Below are positions 1 to 7,344 of a stretch of 7,344 nt of DNA, one piece after another; the first letter of the stretch is position 1, and each line of letters starts with the position of its first letter. A program made the translations under genes and the position numbers. The notes below the pieces were generated by a model that did not search any database, was not told the DNA's origin, and saw only the letters and a program-made list of their open reading frames with translations. Source of the DNA: Octopus sinensis (lineage: Eukaryota); contig NW_021828894.1 of NCBI RefSeq assembly GCF_006345805.1, forward strand, positions 1-7,344, written 5' to 3'.

Positions 1-493
1 ATGATGACGACGACGATGATGATTGTAGTGGTGCTGGTGCTGGTGCTGGTGGTAGTGTTGTTGGCTATGTGGTGATGACGATGATGATGATAATGATGAT
101 GCTGATGATGATGATGGTTGTGTTGGAGTTTATGGTGGTGGCAGTGGTGGTGGCAGTGGCGTGGCAGTGGTGCTGGTGCTGGTGAACTGGATGCTTATTG
201 CTGCTGTTGCTGTCGTAGTGTTTCTGCGGTTAGTTTTATTTTAATCTGTTCAACTGCTGTGGTTTAGCTGCTGTTGCTGTCGCCACTGCTGCTACTGGTG
301 GTGGTGGTGGTGGTGGTGGTGGTGGTGGTGGTGGTGGTGTGGTGGTGGTGGTGGTGGTGGTGGTGGTGGCGAAGATGATGATGGCGATGATGATGATGAT
401 GGTGATTATGGCGAAGATGATGATGGCGTTGATGATGATGATGATGATGATGGTGATTATGGCGAAGATGATGATGGCGATGATGATGATAGC

Positions 494-526
<33 letters not shown>

Positions 527-1300
527 AATGATGATGGTGGTGGTGGTAGTGGTGGTGGTGGTGGTGGTGGCTGTGGTGGTGTGTTGGTGGTGGTGGTGGG
601 GGGTGGGGGTGTGTGGCGAAGATGATGATGGCGATGATGATGATGTGGTGATTATGGCGATGATGATGATGGCGATGATGATGATAGCGATGATGATGAG
701 AATGATGATGATGATGATGATAATGATGATGGTGGTGGTGGTAGTGGTGGTGGTGGTGGTTGTGGTAGCAAGATGACGACGATGATGGTGAGTAGGAGAA
801 TGATGGTGTTCACGGTGATGACAATGATGATTATAATGATGATGATGATGAGGAGGAGGAGGATATTGATGAGGATGATGATGATGACAACGAAGACGAC
901 GACGACGATGATGTCGCTACAGATGTTATTACTTACTGTAGCAGCAGCAGCAGCAGCAGCAGCAGTAGTGGTAGTAGTACTAGTAGTAGTAGTAGTAGTA
1001 GTAGTAATGTTAGTAGTAGTAGTAGTAGTAGTAGTAATGTTAGTAGTAGTAATGTTAGTAGTAGTAGTGTTAGTAGTAGTAGTAGTAGTAGTAGTAATGT
1101 TAGCAGTAGTAGTAGTAGTAGTAGTAGTAGTAATGTTAGTAGTAGTAGTAGTAGTAGTTGTTTAGTTTCCGTTGGTGCTTTTGTTGCTGCTGTCGTTTAC
1201 TCATGTATTCTTTACTGTTGTTTCGCGTCTCGGTGTTGTTGTTGCTGTTGTTGTTGTTGTTGCTGTTGTTATTGTTGTTATTGTTCTTGTTGTTGTTGTT
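1..1300. repeat. Compound trinucleotide microsatellite field: (ATG)n/(GTG)n, then (GCA)n, (GTA)n and (GTT)n blocks
   Basis: Directly visible: GGT run ~297-368, ATG/GAT blocks 370-910, GCA ~940-964, GTA with GTAATGTTA interruptions ~965-1157, GTT ~1232-1300. The poly-V/poly-M/poly-L ORFs here are translations of these repeats. Confidence 0.97.
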
Positions 1301-1574
1301 ATTCTACTCGTATGTACCACATTCACTGCTTCTTTTTCTTTCTCTTGCAGCAGCTGTTATCATATATACTTCAGTAGGTACTGTATTAGTTAGTCCATAT
1401 ATTATACTACCAAATTCTGTATTATCTTGCAAATGGCATTACAGCCCCATATCAACGTACGAAAATATATACACGCAACGCCCACAATACACACACTTAC
1501 GCACGCACGCACACACACACATGTACCTATATGTATGATGTGCATATATACAACACATCTACATAGAGATTAAC

Positions 1575-1790
<216 letters not shown>

Positions 1791-2645
1791 GATACATAGT
1801 AACGTGTAAAGACATATGCACATACACAGATATATTCATATACTACATACAGAGAAATTCCGACATAGAAATACTTACAACTCTACCTAACTTTTCAGAC
1901 ACATGTAGACATAGATACTCACACAATCTCATATGCTATATCTATACATACGTACATACTAACTCAAACGCCTTTGAATACAGCTTGACATATCTATTCG
2001 CGCATGCATTTATTTTGTGTCATAGTGCGCGTGAGGTATCGTGTGCTTTGATCGTTGGTTTGGTTGCATCGATGTATGTGTCTGTGTATATCTGTTTGTA
2101 TGCGAAGAAAATAATGAATGCTCTGAGATAACAACACTAAAGATACATAAATCAGCGTTCCTCTGTTTTTCTTTTCTACGTACCGAAAGTAGCATGAACT
2201 TCTTTCGACAGAGATGTACTGTAAATTGAATGTATAATACAGTTGCTCGTGTTTTTTCTGAAAGTTGGTGAAATACAGTTTTGAATTAGACTGCAATGCA
2301 GACAGTGATAAATAACAAGTCTCAAAATACAACTCCAACGAAATGAATTTGCGAGAAAATGTCTGTACAATTCACTTGAATAATTCATGTGTTGTGGTAA
2401 GTAGTGTTATTAACATAAGTGACCTTGCAGAAAGAGATACGGCAATTTGATGTTTCATTCAGTTAAAACATGCTTCTTATTGTAACTATTTGAGAGTGGG
2501 AAAAAGCGTATCATTCTGTAGTGAGTTCAGTTTAAGACGGAGCACAGAGCAAAAGCAAAACCAAAAGGACTACATGCTCATGGGAGTCGGATGATGATAC
2601 AAATTCTTCAGATTTTCTGTTTACATAGTCAAAATGGCCGTCCAA

Positions 2646-2690
2646 CAGGAATGCTAGCTGATTATCTTTTTCAATCAGCTAGCATTCCTG
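2646..2690. repeat. Perfect 18-bp inverted repeat with 9-nt spacer at the PLE 5' junction
   Basis: CAGGAATGCTAGCTGATT (2646-2663) is the exact reverse complement of AATCAGCTAGCATTCCTG (2673-2690). Confidence 0.95.
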
Positions 2691-3453
2691 GACGTATTAA
2701 TAAAATGCACCAAGTATGGATTCAGGACATCCGTATACCACAAGCCGACCTTTACTGAACGATACCTTAACTTCAATTTCAATTATCCATACAATGTAAA
2801 GAGAGGGATTGCTCAGTGTCTAAAACATCGAGCAATGAATATAAGTAGCGATCGTGATACCCACCACGAAGAAATGATGTAGCCCAGTAACAATCTATTA
2901 AGCAACAACTACCCCCAAAACATACTATCCAGTTATGAAGAAAAGAGTGGATGAAACCAACAAACTGTCTACAGACAGTCTACCCTATGTGAAATGGGTC
3001 TCCGAGAAGATACAAAAGATATGCGGTCCATATGACATCAGGACAGTATTCAAGAGTAATATAACACTGCAAATATCTCCTTCGAGTAAAACCACCAACG
3101 GAAGAGAATATAACCAAAAACTGCGGTTATTCCATCACATACAGCTGTGGTAGGTTATACAAAGGCGAAACATGCTGCCCCCTCAAAAAAAGGGTAGAGA
3201 AGCATCGCAAAGCTGTGACTCGAGGAGATATTAATGAATCGGATATGGCTGATCATATACGGAAAAATGGAGACCACCTCCCCTTGTGGGATGAAATTAA
3301 ATAATAGACAGAGAACACCACTGGAAAATACGAAAACTAAAAGAAGCAGCACATATGCTTGGACACAACAACCTCCTAAGCAGACCGAGTGCAGATATGA
3401 ATAGCAAAAGGGAACCGGTATTAAGGAAGGATGGGAGAATATTAGATTTATAA
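2673..3453 (+). pseudogene. Disrupted PLE polyprotein: RT C-terminus/thumb, linker and GIY-YIG endonuclease
   Basis: Manual translation. Frame +3 from 2673: NQLAFLDVLIKCTKYGFRTSVYHKPTFTERYLNFNFNYPYNVKRGIAQCLKHRAMNISS (FLDV...VYxKPT...YLNF...RA motifs), stop at 2880-2882, then LLSNNYP. Frame +1: LPYVKWVSEKIQKICGPYDIRTVFKSNITL (linker). Frame +2 from 3071: KNCGYSITYSCGRLYKGETCCPLKKRVEKH...SDMADH (GIY-YIG-like). Frame +1 from 3301: IIDREHHWKIRKLKEAAHM, ending at TAA 3451-3453. One internal stop and about three frameshifts (~2935, ~3070, ~3300). Confidence 0.92.
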
Positions 3454-3473
3454 GCCCTAAAATTCACTCCATA

Positions 3474-3543
3474 ATTGCCCACGAGCATATGGTTAGAAGC
3501 GCTGGCTACTCACCCCAAGATTGAGAGTTCGAATCCAGGCAAT
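3474..3543 (+). promoter_or_regulatory. tRNA-like segment with putative Pol III type-2 internal promoter (box A/box B)
   Basis: Box A-like GAGCATATGGTT (3483-3494) and box B GTTCGAATCC (3527-3536) at tRNA-like spacing. The ends ATTGCC (3474-3479) and GGCAAT (3538-3543) can pair. The cloverleaf is otherwise poor, so this is not a functional tRNA. Confidence 0.6.
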
Positions 3544-3600
3544 GACCTTAATATCAATAATAAAAACAGAATCAAAACCCAGGTTCAAAATTTCCCCAAG

Positions 3601-3644
3601 GCATCTGATGAAGGCTGGAGGGCATATCAGGCGAAACGTTGTGT
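3601..3644 (+). ncRNA. Minimal type I hammerhead ribozyme motif of the PLE 3' region (HHR-A)
   Basis: GCAT-CTGATGA(3605-3611)-A-GGCTGG..TCAGGC (stem II, one mismatch)-GAAA(3633-3636)-CGTT-GTGT. Stem III is the loopless palindrome AACGTT, the predicted cleavage triplet is GUU (3638-3640), and stem I is weak (two G-U pairs). Confidence 0.7.
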
Positions 3645-3762
3645 TAACAGCAAACAAGATGAGGACATATATCCATCAAATATAAATAATGTAAATAATG
3701 TACATAATTCCGCATCGCTTAAATATAGAACTTTTATTCAAAAGCAGCAAAAATATCGCAAA

Positions 3763-3804
3763 AACTGTTACTCAGAGTTTCACGTTCCCGTTCGTCAGAC
3801 TGTT
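3763..3804 (-). ncRNA. Type I hammerhead ribozyme motif with intact core (HHR-B1)
   Basis: The minus strand reads AACAGT-CTGACGA-ACG GGAA CGT-GAAA-CTC T GAG-TA-ACAGTT. This gives a canonical CUGANGA/GAAA core, a 3-bp stem II with GNRA loop, a near-palindromic stem III, a GUA cleavage triplet and a stem I with 5/6 pairs. Confidence 0.82.
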
Positions 3805-3825
3805 CGTCAGACCGTTCGTCAGACT
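3790..3825. repeat. Three tandem copies of the 12-mer GTTCGTCAGAC(T/C)
   Basis: Copies at 3790-3801, 3802-3813 and 3814-3825. Each contains CTGACGA on the minus strand. Confidence 0.95.
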
Positions 3826-3861
3826 GTTTTGTTAAGAACATTTTTATGTTTCATTCTAAAC

Positions 3862-3907
3862 AAAACTGTCCAACGAACGGGAAGGTGAAACTCTGAGTAA
3901 CAGTTTT
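3862..3907 (+). ncRNA. Degenerate inverted copy of the same hammerhead (HHR-B2), probably inactive
   Basis: AAAACTGT-CCAACGA-ACGGGAAGGT-GAAA-CTCTGAG-TA-ACAGTTTT. Stem I is a perfect 8 bp, but the core CUGACGA is mutated to CCAACGA and stem II has one mismatch. Confidence 0.72.
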
Positions 3908-4006
3908 TGTGATACTTTTGCTGTTTTTAATAAAGCATAGTACTCTACCTCTGGTATATTCGAGTACTATTTTTCCACCTTGTTTCCATATATGTGTTTA
4001 ATCCGG

Positions 4007-4066
<60 letters not shown>
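4007..4066. repeat. (TA)n microsatellite separating the two fold-back cassettes
   Basis: Directly visible. Confidence 0.95.
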
Positions 4067-4068
<2 letters not shown>

Positions 4069-4592
4069 AATTTACAAGATAAGGGCAAAAGAAAAATTCT
4101 AATGCCAAATGCGATGCCGAAAAAAAGACAATAATTGTCAAAAAACCATTATAATATGCGTCTCGAAGCAAACCGATAGAAATCTCTAAAGAATTTGTTA
4201 TTACCCTATTGGTCCAATTTCGGGGTTAATTCGTAAGAAATTTTCCCCTCTTCAGCGGCAAATACGCGAGATATAAGTGAAATACTTACTCATACCCACG
4301 GAAAAAGCAAGCACCAAGTCCCGAGCAGAACTAAGTGCCACAAATATATCCAAAATGAAAAAAAGCTTCGGCACATCTCGAGACACGTGTGATTCGAACT
4401 AGAAACTTTCACAGAGTGATAAAATCCGGAAGTGGACAATTATTGTCGTTTTTTCGGCATATTTGGCATTAGAATTTTTCTTTTGCCCTTATCTTGTAAA
4501 TTATTTATAAATTTAACCTTTAAAGGTATTTTTTGATATGCTGGCCATTGATAAAAACTTTTTCCCGAAAAAAATGTTATCCTACACTAATT
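4067..4592. mobile_element. Non-coding fold-back cassette 2: ~70-bp inverted repeats enclosing a hammerhead, flanked by (TA)n
   Basis: 4067-4139 versus 4435-4504 are reverse complements apart from a 3-nt indel (GCG) and one substitution. About 90 nt extends beyond the right arm before (TA)n resumes near 4593. Confidence 0.75.
4201..4261 (-). ncRNA. Type I hammerhead ribozyme motif with intact core (HHR-C)
   Basis: The minus strand reads TTGCCG-CTGAAGA-GGGG-(19 nt)-CCCC-GAAA-TTGG A CCAA-TA-GGGTAA. This gives a canonical core, a 4-bp GC stem II, a palindromic stem III and an AUA triplet. Stem I has 5 bp with a G-G mismatch next to the core. Confidence 0.82.
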
Positions 4593-4713
4593 TTATATAT
4601 ATATATATAAATAAATCTCCATATATGCATCATGCATGGTGCATATGTATACATATGTATGTATGTATGTATGCATGTATGTATGTATGTGTATATATAT
4701 ATATATATATATA
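4593..4713. repeat. (TA)n / (TATG)n simple repeats
   Basis: Directly visible, interrupted. Confidence 0.9.
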
Positions 4714-4890
4714 TCAGAAATACTAAATTTCTAAATCTCTCGTAGGGACATGTACGGTGGTGGGGCGAATAGATGGTCAATCTAACACGAACGTGACAGT
4801 AGGGGGGTGCACCACCGCTTTATAGCCCTAGGAAGCATCGACGCTTCCTGATGGCTTTGACACATTTTTCCTGTGTCCTTATATACATTC

Positions 4891-4937
4891 TATATATATA
4901 TATATATATATATACATACATATATATATATATGTAT
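4891..4937. repeat. (TA)n microsatellite
   Basis: Directly visible. Confidence 0.92.
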
Positions 4938-5156
4938 GCATACATGCTAAATATATGGAGATTTAATCAGCAAATCTATACTATTCTATAGAGTGTTATC
5001 GATATCTCTGTATTTATATCATCCTCTAACCGTTCATCCGTTGTGGTTTAATATTTGACATGACTTCCATCACTATCGCACACTGATAGGAACGGATAAA
5101 CATGAAACTCATAGATCCAACTTCTTTTTCTAAGCTCCTGTTATTATTTTCTCTCT

Positions 5157-5228
5157 GCACTGATGAGTACTATGATAATTTTCAAACTCAAATAGGAATT
5201 TATAACCATGTACGAAACAATAGTATGC
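5157..5228 (+). ncRNA. Type I hammerhead ribozyme motif with long stem II (HHR-D)
   Basis: GCA-CTGATGA(5160-5166)-GTAC-(39 nt)-GTAC-GAAA(5214-5217)-C AATA G-TA-TGC. The core is canonical, stem II GTAC/GTAC extends by ATG/CAT, stem III is AC/GT with a 4-nt loop, the triplet is GUA (5223-5225), and stem I is only 3 bp. Confidence 0.68.
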
Positions 5229-5350
5229 TTGAATAAGCTTCTTACAGCTTTTTAACATCTTATCTCCTACATTTTCGACAAATATAACTGGATTTGTAGA
5301 TCTTCATTCCATAAATTAATCAAACACTTAATATTCTCACTCTCTCCCTA

Positions 5351-5635
5351 TACTCTTTTACTGTCTCTTTTACTCTTTTACTTGTTTCAGTCATTTGACT
5401 GCGGCCATGCTGGAGCACCGCGTTTGGTCGAGCAAATCGACCCCAGGACTTATTCTTTGAAAGCCTAGCACTTATTCTGTCAGTCTCTTTTCCGACCGCT
5501 AAGTTACGGGGACGTAAACACACCAGCATCGGTTGTCAAGCGATGCTGGGGGTGCAAGCACAGACACACAAATATACACACACGCACACGCACGCCACCA
5601 CACACACACACACACACACACACACAACACACACA

Positions 5636-5668
<33 letters not shown>

Positions 5669-5824
5669 CATATATACGACGGGCTTCTTTCAGTTTCCGT
5701 CTACCAAATCAACTCACAAGGAGGCTATAGTAGAAGACACTTGCCCAAGGTGCCACGCAGTGGGACTAAACTCGGAACCATGTGATTGGTAAGCAAGCTA
5801 CTTACCACACCGCCACTTCTACGC
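5351..5824 (-). mobile_element. tRNA-derived SINE with internal microsatellite, resembling abundant octopus SINEs
   Basis: The minus-strand head has box A TGGCGGTGTGG (5815-5805) and degenerate box B GAGTTTAGTCCC (5773-5762), followed by a CORE-like CCTTGGGCAAGT. An internal (TA)/(TG) tract spans ~5560-5676, and the 3' tail is made of short GTAAAAGA(G) repeats (5351-5381). The family resemblance is from memory and was not searched. Confidence 0.88.
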
Positions 5825-5994
5825 ATATATATATATATATATACATATGTGCATATATATCCTAATATCACGACAAATTGTTTCGTAGCTCAAAGACATG
5901 CAAATAATTTATGTTATCATATTTAATAATAAATAAATTACATGTCTGTATTAAAGCAAAATGCAAAAAAAGCTCGTTCTCTTGTATATCACTA

Positions 5995-6396
5995 CTAGCA
6001 GTATCGCCCGGCGTTGCTCGGGTTTGTAAGGGAAATAACTATATAAGCATTTTTAGAGAGTTATAGCCAAAAAAATAGCAAAAAAATGCATTAAAAATGG
6101 AAAAAAAAATTATGGTAAATTTTTTTTTAAATCGTTGGCTCATCGTAGACATTTTTAGTGAGTTACTTCCCTTATATAATAGCGAAAAAAATGCATTAAA
6201 AATGGGGAAAAAATGATGGTAAATTTTATTTAAAATCGTAGACTCATCGTAGACGCGCGCTAATACCCAGAAGGGCTCGATATGAATCACGACTATAAGA
6301 TACCCGGTTTTGGTTAAACTGCACCGCAAAATGTGGGAGTAGTTAGGAATCTAAATCGTAGGAGACAGACACACAACTTCTCTTTTATATAAAAGA
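5995..6396 (-). mobile_element. Non-autonomous Helitron, ~402 bp, both termini present
   Basis: The minus strand begins A^TC (6397 | 6396-6395) and ends CTAG^T (5998-5995 | 5994), with a GC-rich hairpin CCCGAGC-AAC-GCCGGG (6022-6007) 8 nt before CTAG. Insertion is between A and T with no target-site duplication, as expected for Helitrons. Confidence 0.87.
6049..6254. repeat. ~104-bp tandem duplication inside the Helitron
   Basis: CATTTTTAG(A/T)GAGTTA...AATAGC..AAAAAATGCATTAAAAATGG...ATGGTAAATTTT...AAATCGT..CTCATCGTAGAC occurs at ~6049-6150 and again at ~6150-6254. Confidence 0.88.
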
Positions 6397-6489
6397 TATA
6401 GTCTATATGGCATACCACGATACATAGAGGAGCCTTTTTTATGAGTACTACCGGATTACTTGAATCCGTATATTGTGACTTAAATGTAT

Positions 6490-6497
6490 ATGTATGT

Positions 6498-6537
<40 letters not shown>

Positions 6538-6554
6538 TGTGTGTGTGTGTGTGT
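6490..6554. repeat. (GT)n microsatellite
   Basis: Directly visible. Confidence 0.95.
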
Positions 6555-7092
6555 TTTTATCTACCTTTACGTACGCATCATGACAAGATACACGTCTTCA
6601 GATTGAAATGCCGTTAAAATTCAAAATAGGTAAAGAGCACGTATTCTTTCAAAGGTTGCGAAGTACAGGTTTGAACTAGATAGCAATACAGACTGTTAAA
6701 CAAAAACAAACAAACAAACAAAAAAAAAAAGGATGGGAGAATTAAAATAAAATAAAAATTAAAATAAAAATAAAAATAACTAGTTTCAATAGAGAACATT
6801 AAGGAAAATAAGGTTTTGTGAACGTGTCTTGTAGCGAAAATATGATGCATAAGTTTTTGTTTGTCCTAGTCAATTAAATAATTCATGTATTTGTTGTAAA
6901 TAGCGTTATTAAAATACGTGACCTGCCGGAAAGAAGTGCGGCCATTTGGTATTTCATTCATCTAAAACGTGCTTCCTGTTAAGACTTTCTAAAACATGGT
7001 AGAAATAACGTTTCCGCTCTGTGGCGAGTTGTGTTTGTAGAAGAAATAAGAACAGCTTTGCTTATGGATGCTGAGTGAAAGGGGAAATCTTC

Positions 7093-7344
7093 TTATTCTT
7101 CTTCTTCTTCTTCATCTTCTTCTTCTTCTTCATCTTCTTCTTCTTCTTCTTCTTCATCTTCTTCTTCTTCTTCATCTTCTTCTTCATCTTCTTCTTCATC
7201 TTCTTCTTCTTCTTCTTGTTCTTCTTTTTCTTCTTCTTCTTCATCTTCTTTTTCGTCTTCTTCTTCATCTTCTTTTTCGTCTTCTTCTTCATCTTCTTTT
7301 CGTCTTCTTCTTCATCTTCTTCTTCATCTTCTTTTCGTCTTCTT
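7093..7344. repeat. (TTC)n microsatellite with ATC/GTC variants, running off the window end
   Basis: Directly visible. It explains the poly-K ORF on the minus strand. Confidence 0.97.

Larger units (their letters stand above)
2646..3731 (+). mobile_element. 5'-truncated, degenerate Penelope-like retroelement (endonuclease-containing PLE) including its 3' pseudo-LTR region
   Basis: RT C-terminal motifs followed by a GIY-YIG-like domain, then ~280 nt of non-coding 3' sequence containing a minimal hammerhead, which is the standard PLE layout. The left boundary is set by the inversion junction. The right boundary is approximate, taken where the next fold-back element starts. Confidence 0.88.
3733..4006. 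mobile_element. Non-coding fold-back cassette 1: inverted pair of HHR-bearing pLTR-like fragments
   Basis: Arm 3733-3838 is the reverse complement of arm 3854-3934, with scattered mismatches and a 24-nt duplication in the left arm. The spacer is ~15 nt. The right arm ends in AATAAA (3929-3934) and runs on ~70 nt into a (TA)n tract. Confidence 0.75.

Noticed and set aside
1994-2402. Short ORFs and a strong splice-donor-like TG|GTAAGT at ~2397
   Set aside because: The ORFs have no recognisable motifs, and I found no convincing acceptor or open exon upstream of the donor, so an exon cannot be supported.
3790-3825. CRISPR-like short repeats
   Set aside because: These are contiguous tandem 12-mers with no spacers, in a eukaryotic context.
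3475-3888. 137-aa ORF containing VRQT repeats
   Set aside because: It starts at TTG and spans the PLE 3' non-coding region plus an unrelated fold-back cassette. The VRQT repeats come from the 12-bp triplication.
4391-4399. Box B-like GTTCGAATC on the minus strand upstream of HHR-C
   Set aside because: There is no convincing box A at a suitable distance, so it may be chance. It is worth rechecking in a family consensus.
5083-5118. CTGATAG...GAAA hammerhead-like pattern
   Set aside because: The core is not CUGANGA and the intervening sequence cannot form stem II.
6558-6605. Minus-strand CTGAAGA followed by a hairpin and TAAA
   Set aside because: GAAA is replaced by TAAA and stems I and III do not pair convincingly. 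At best it is a very decayed motif.
7062-7292. Poly-lysine ORF on the minus strand
   Set aside because: It is a translation of the (TTC)n microsatellite.

Overview
Repeat-rich, AT-rich eukaryotic non-coding DNA with no intact host gene. It is probably cephalopod/Octopus-like, an inference from my recollection of the SINE family and not from a search. Most ORFs in the track are microsatellite artefacts. The window holds large compound microsatellites (1-1300, 1575-1790, 7093-7344) and a 5'-truncated, frameshifted Penelope-like retroelement (PLE; RT C-terminus plus GIY-YIG endonuclease, ~2646-3731). That PLE has a short 5' inversion, a tRNA-like Pol III box A/box B segment and a minimal hammerhead ribozyme (HHR) in its 3' region. 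Two short non-coding fold-back cassettes (3733-4006, 4067-4592) each carry a different HHR, and a further isolated HHR lies at 5157-5228. A tRNA-derived SINE (5351-5824, minus) and a complete-looking non-autonomous Helitron (5995-6396, minus) follow. The most notable signal is five hammerhead motifs of four different sequence types within about 1.6 kb (3601-5228), on both strands, three of them inside inverted-repeat cassettes that abut (TA)n tracts.
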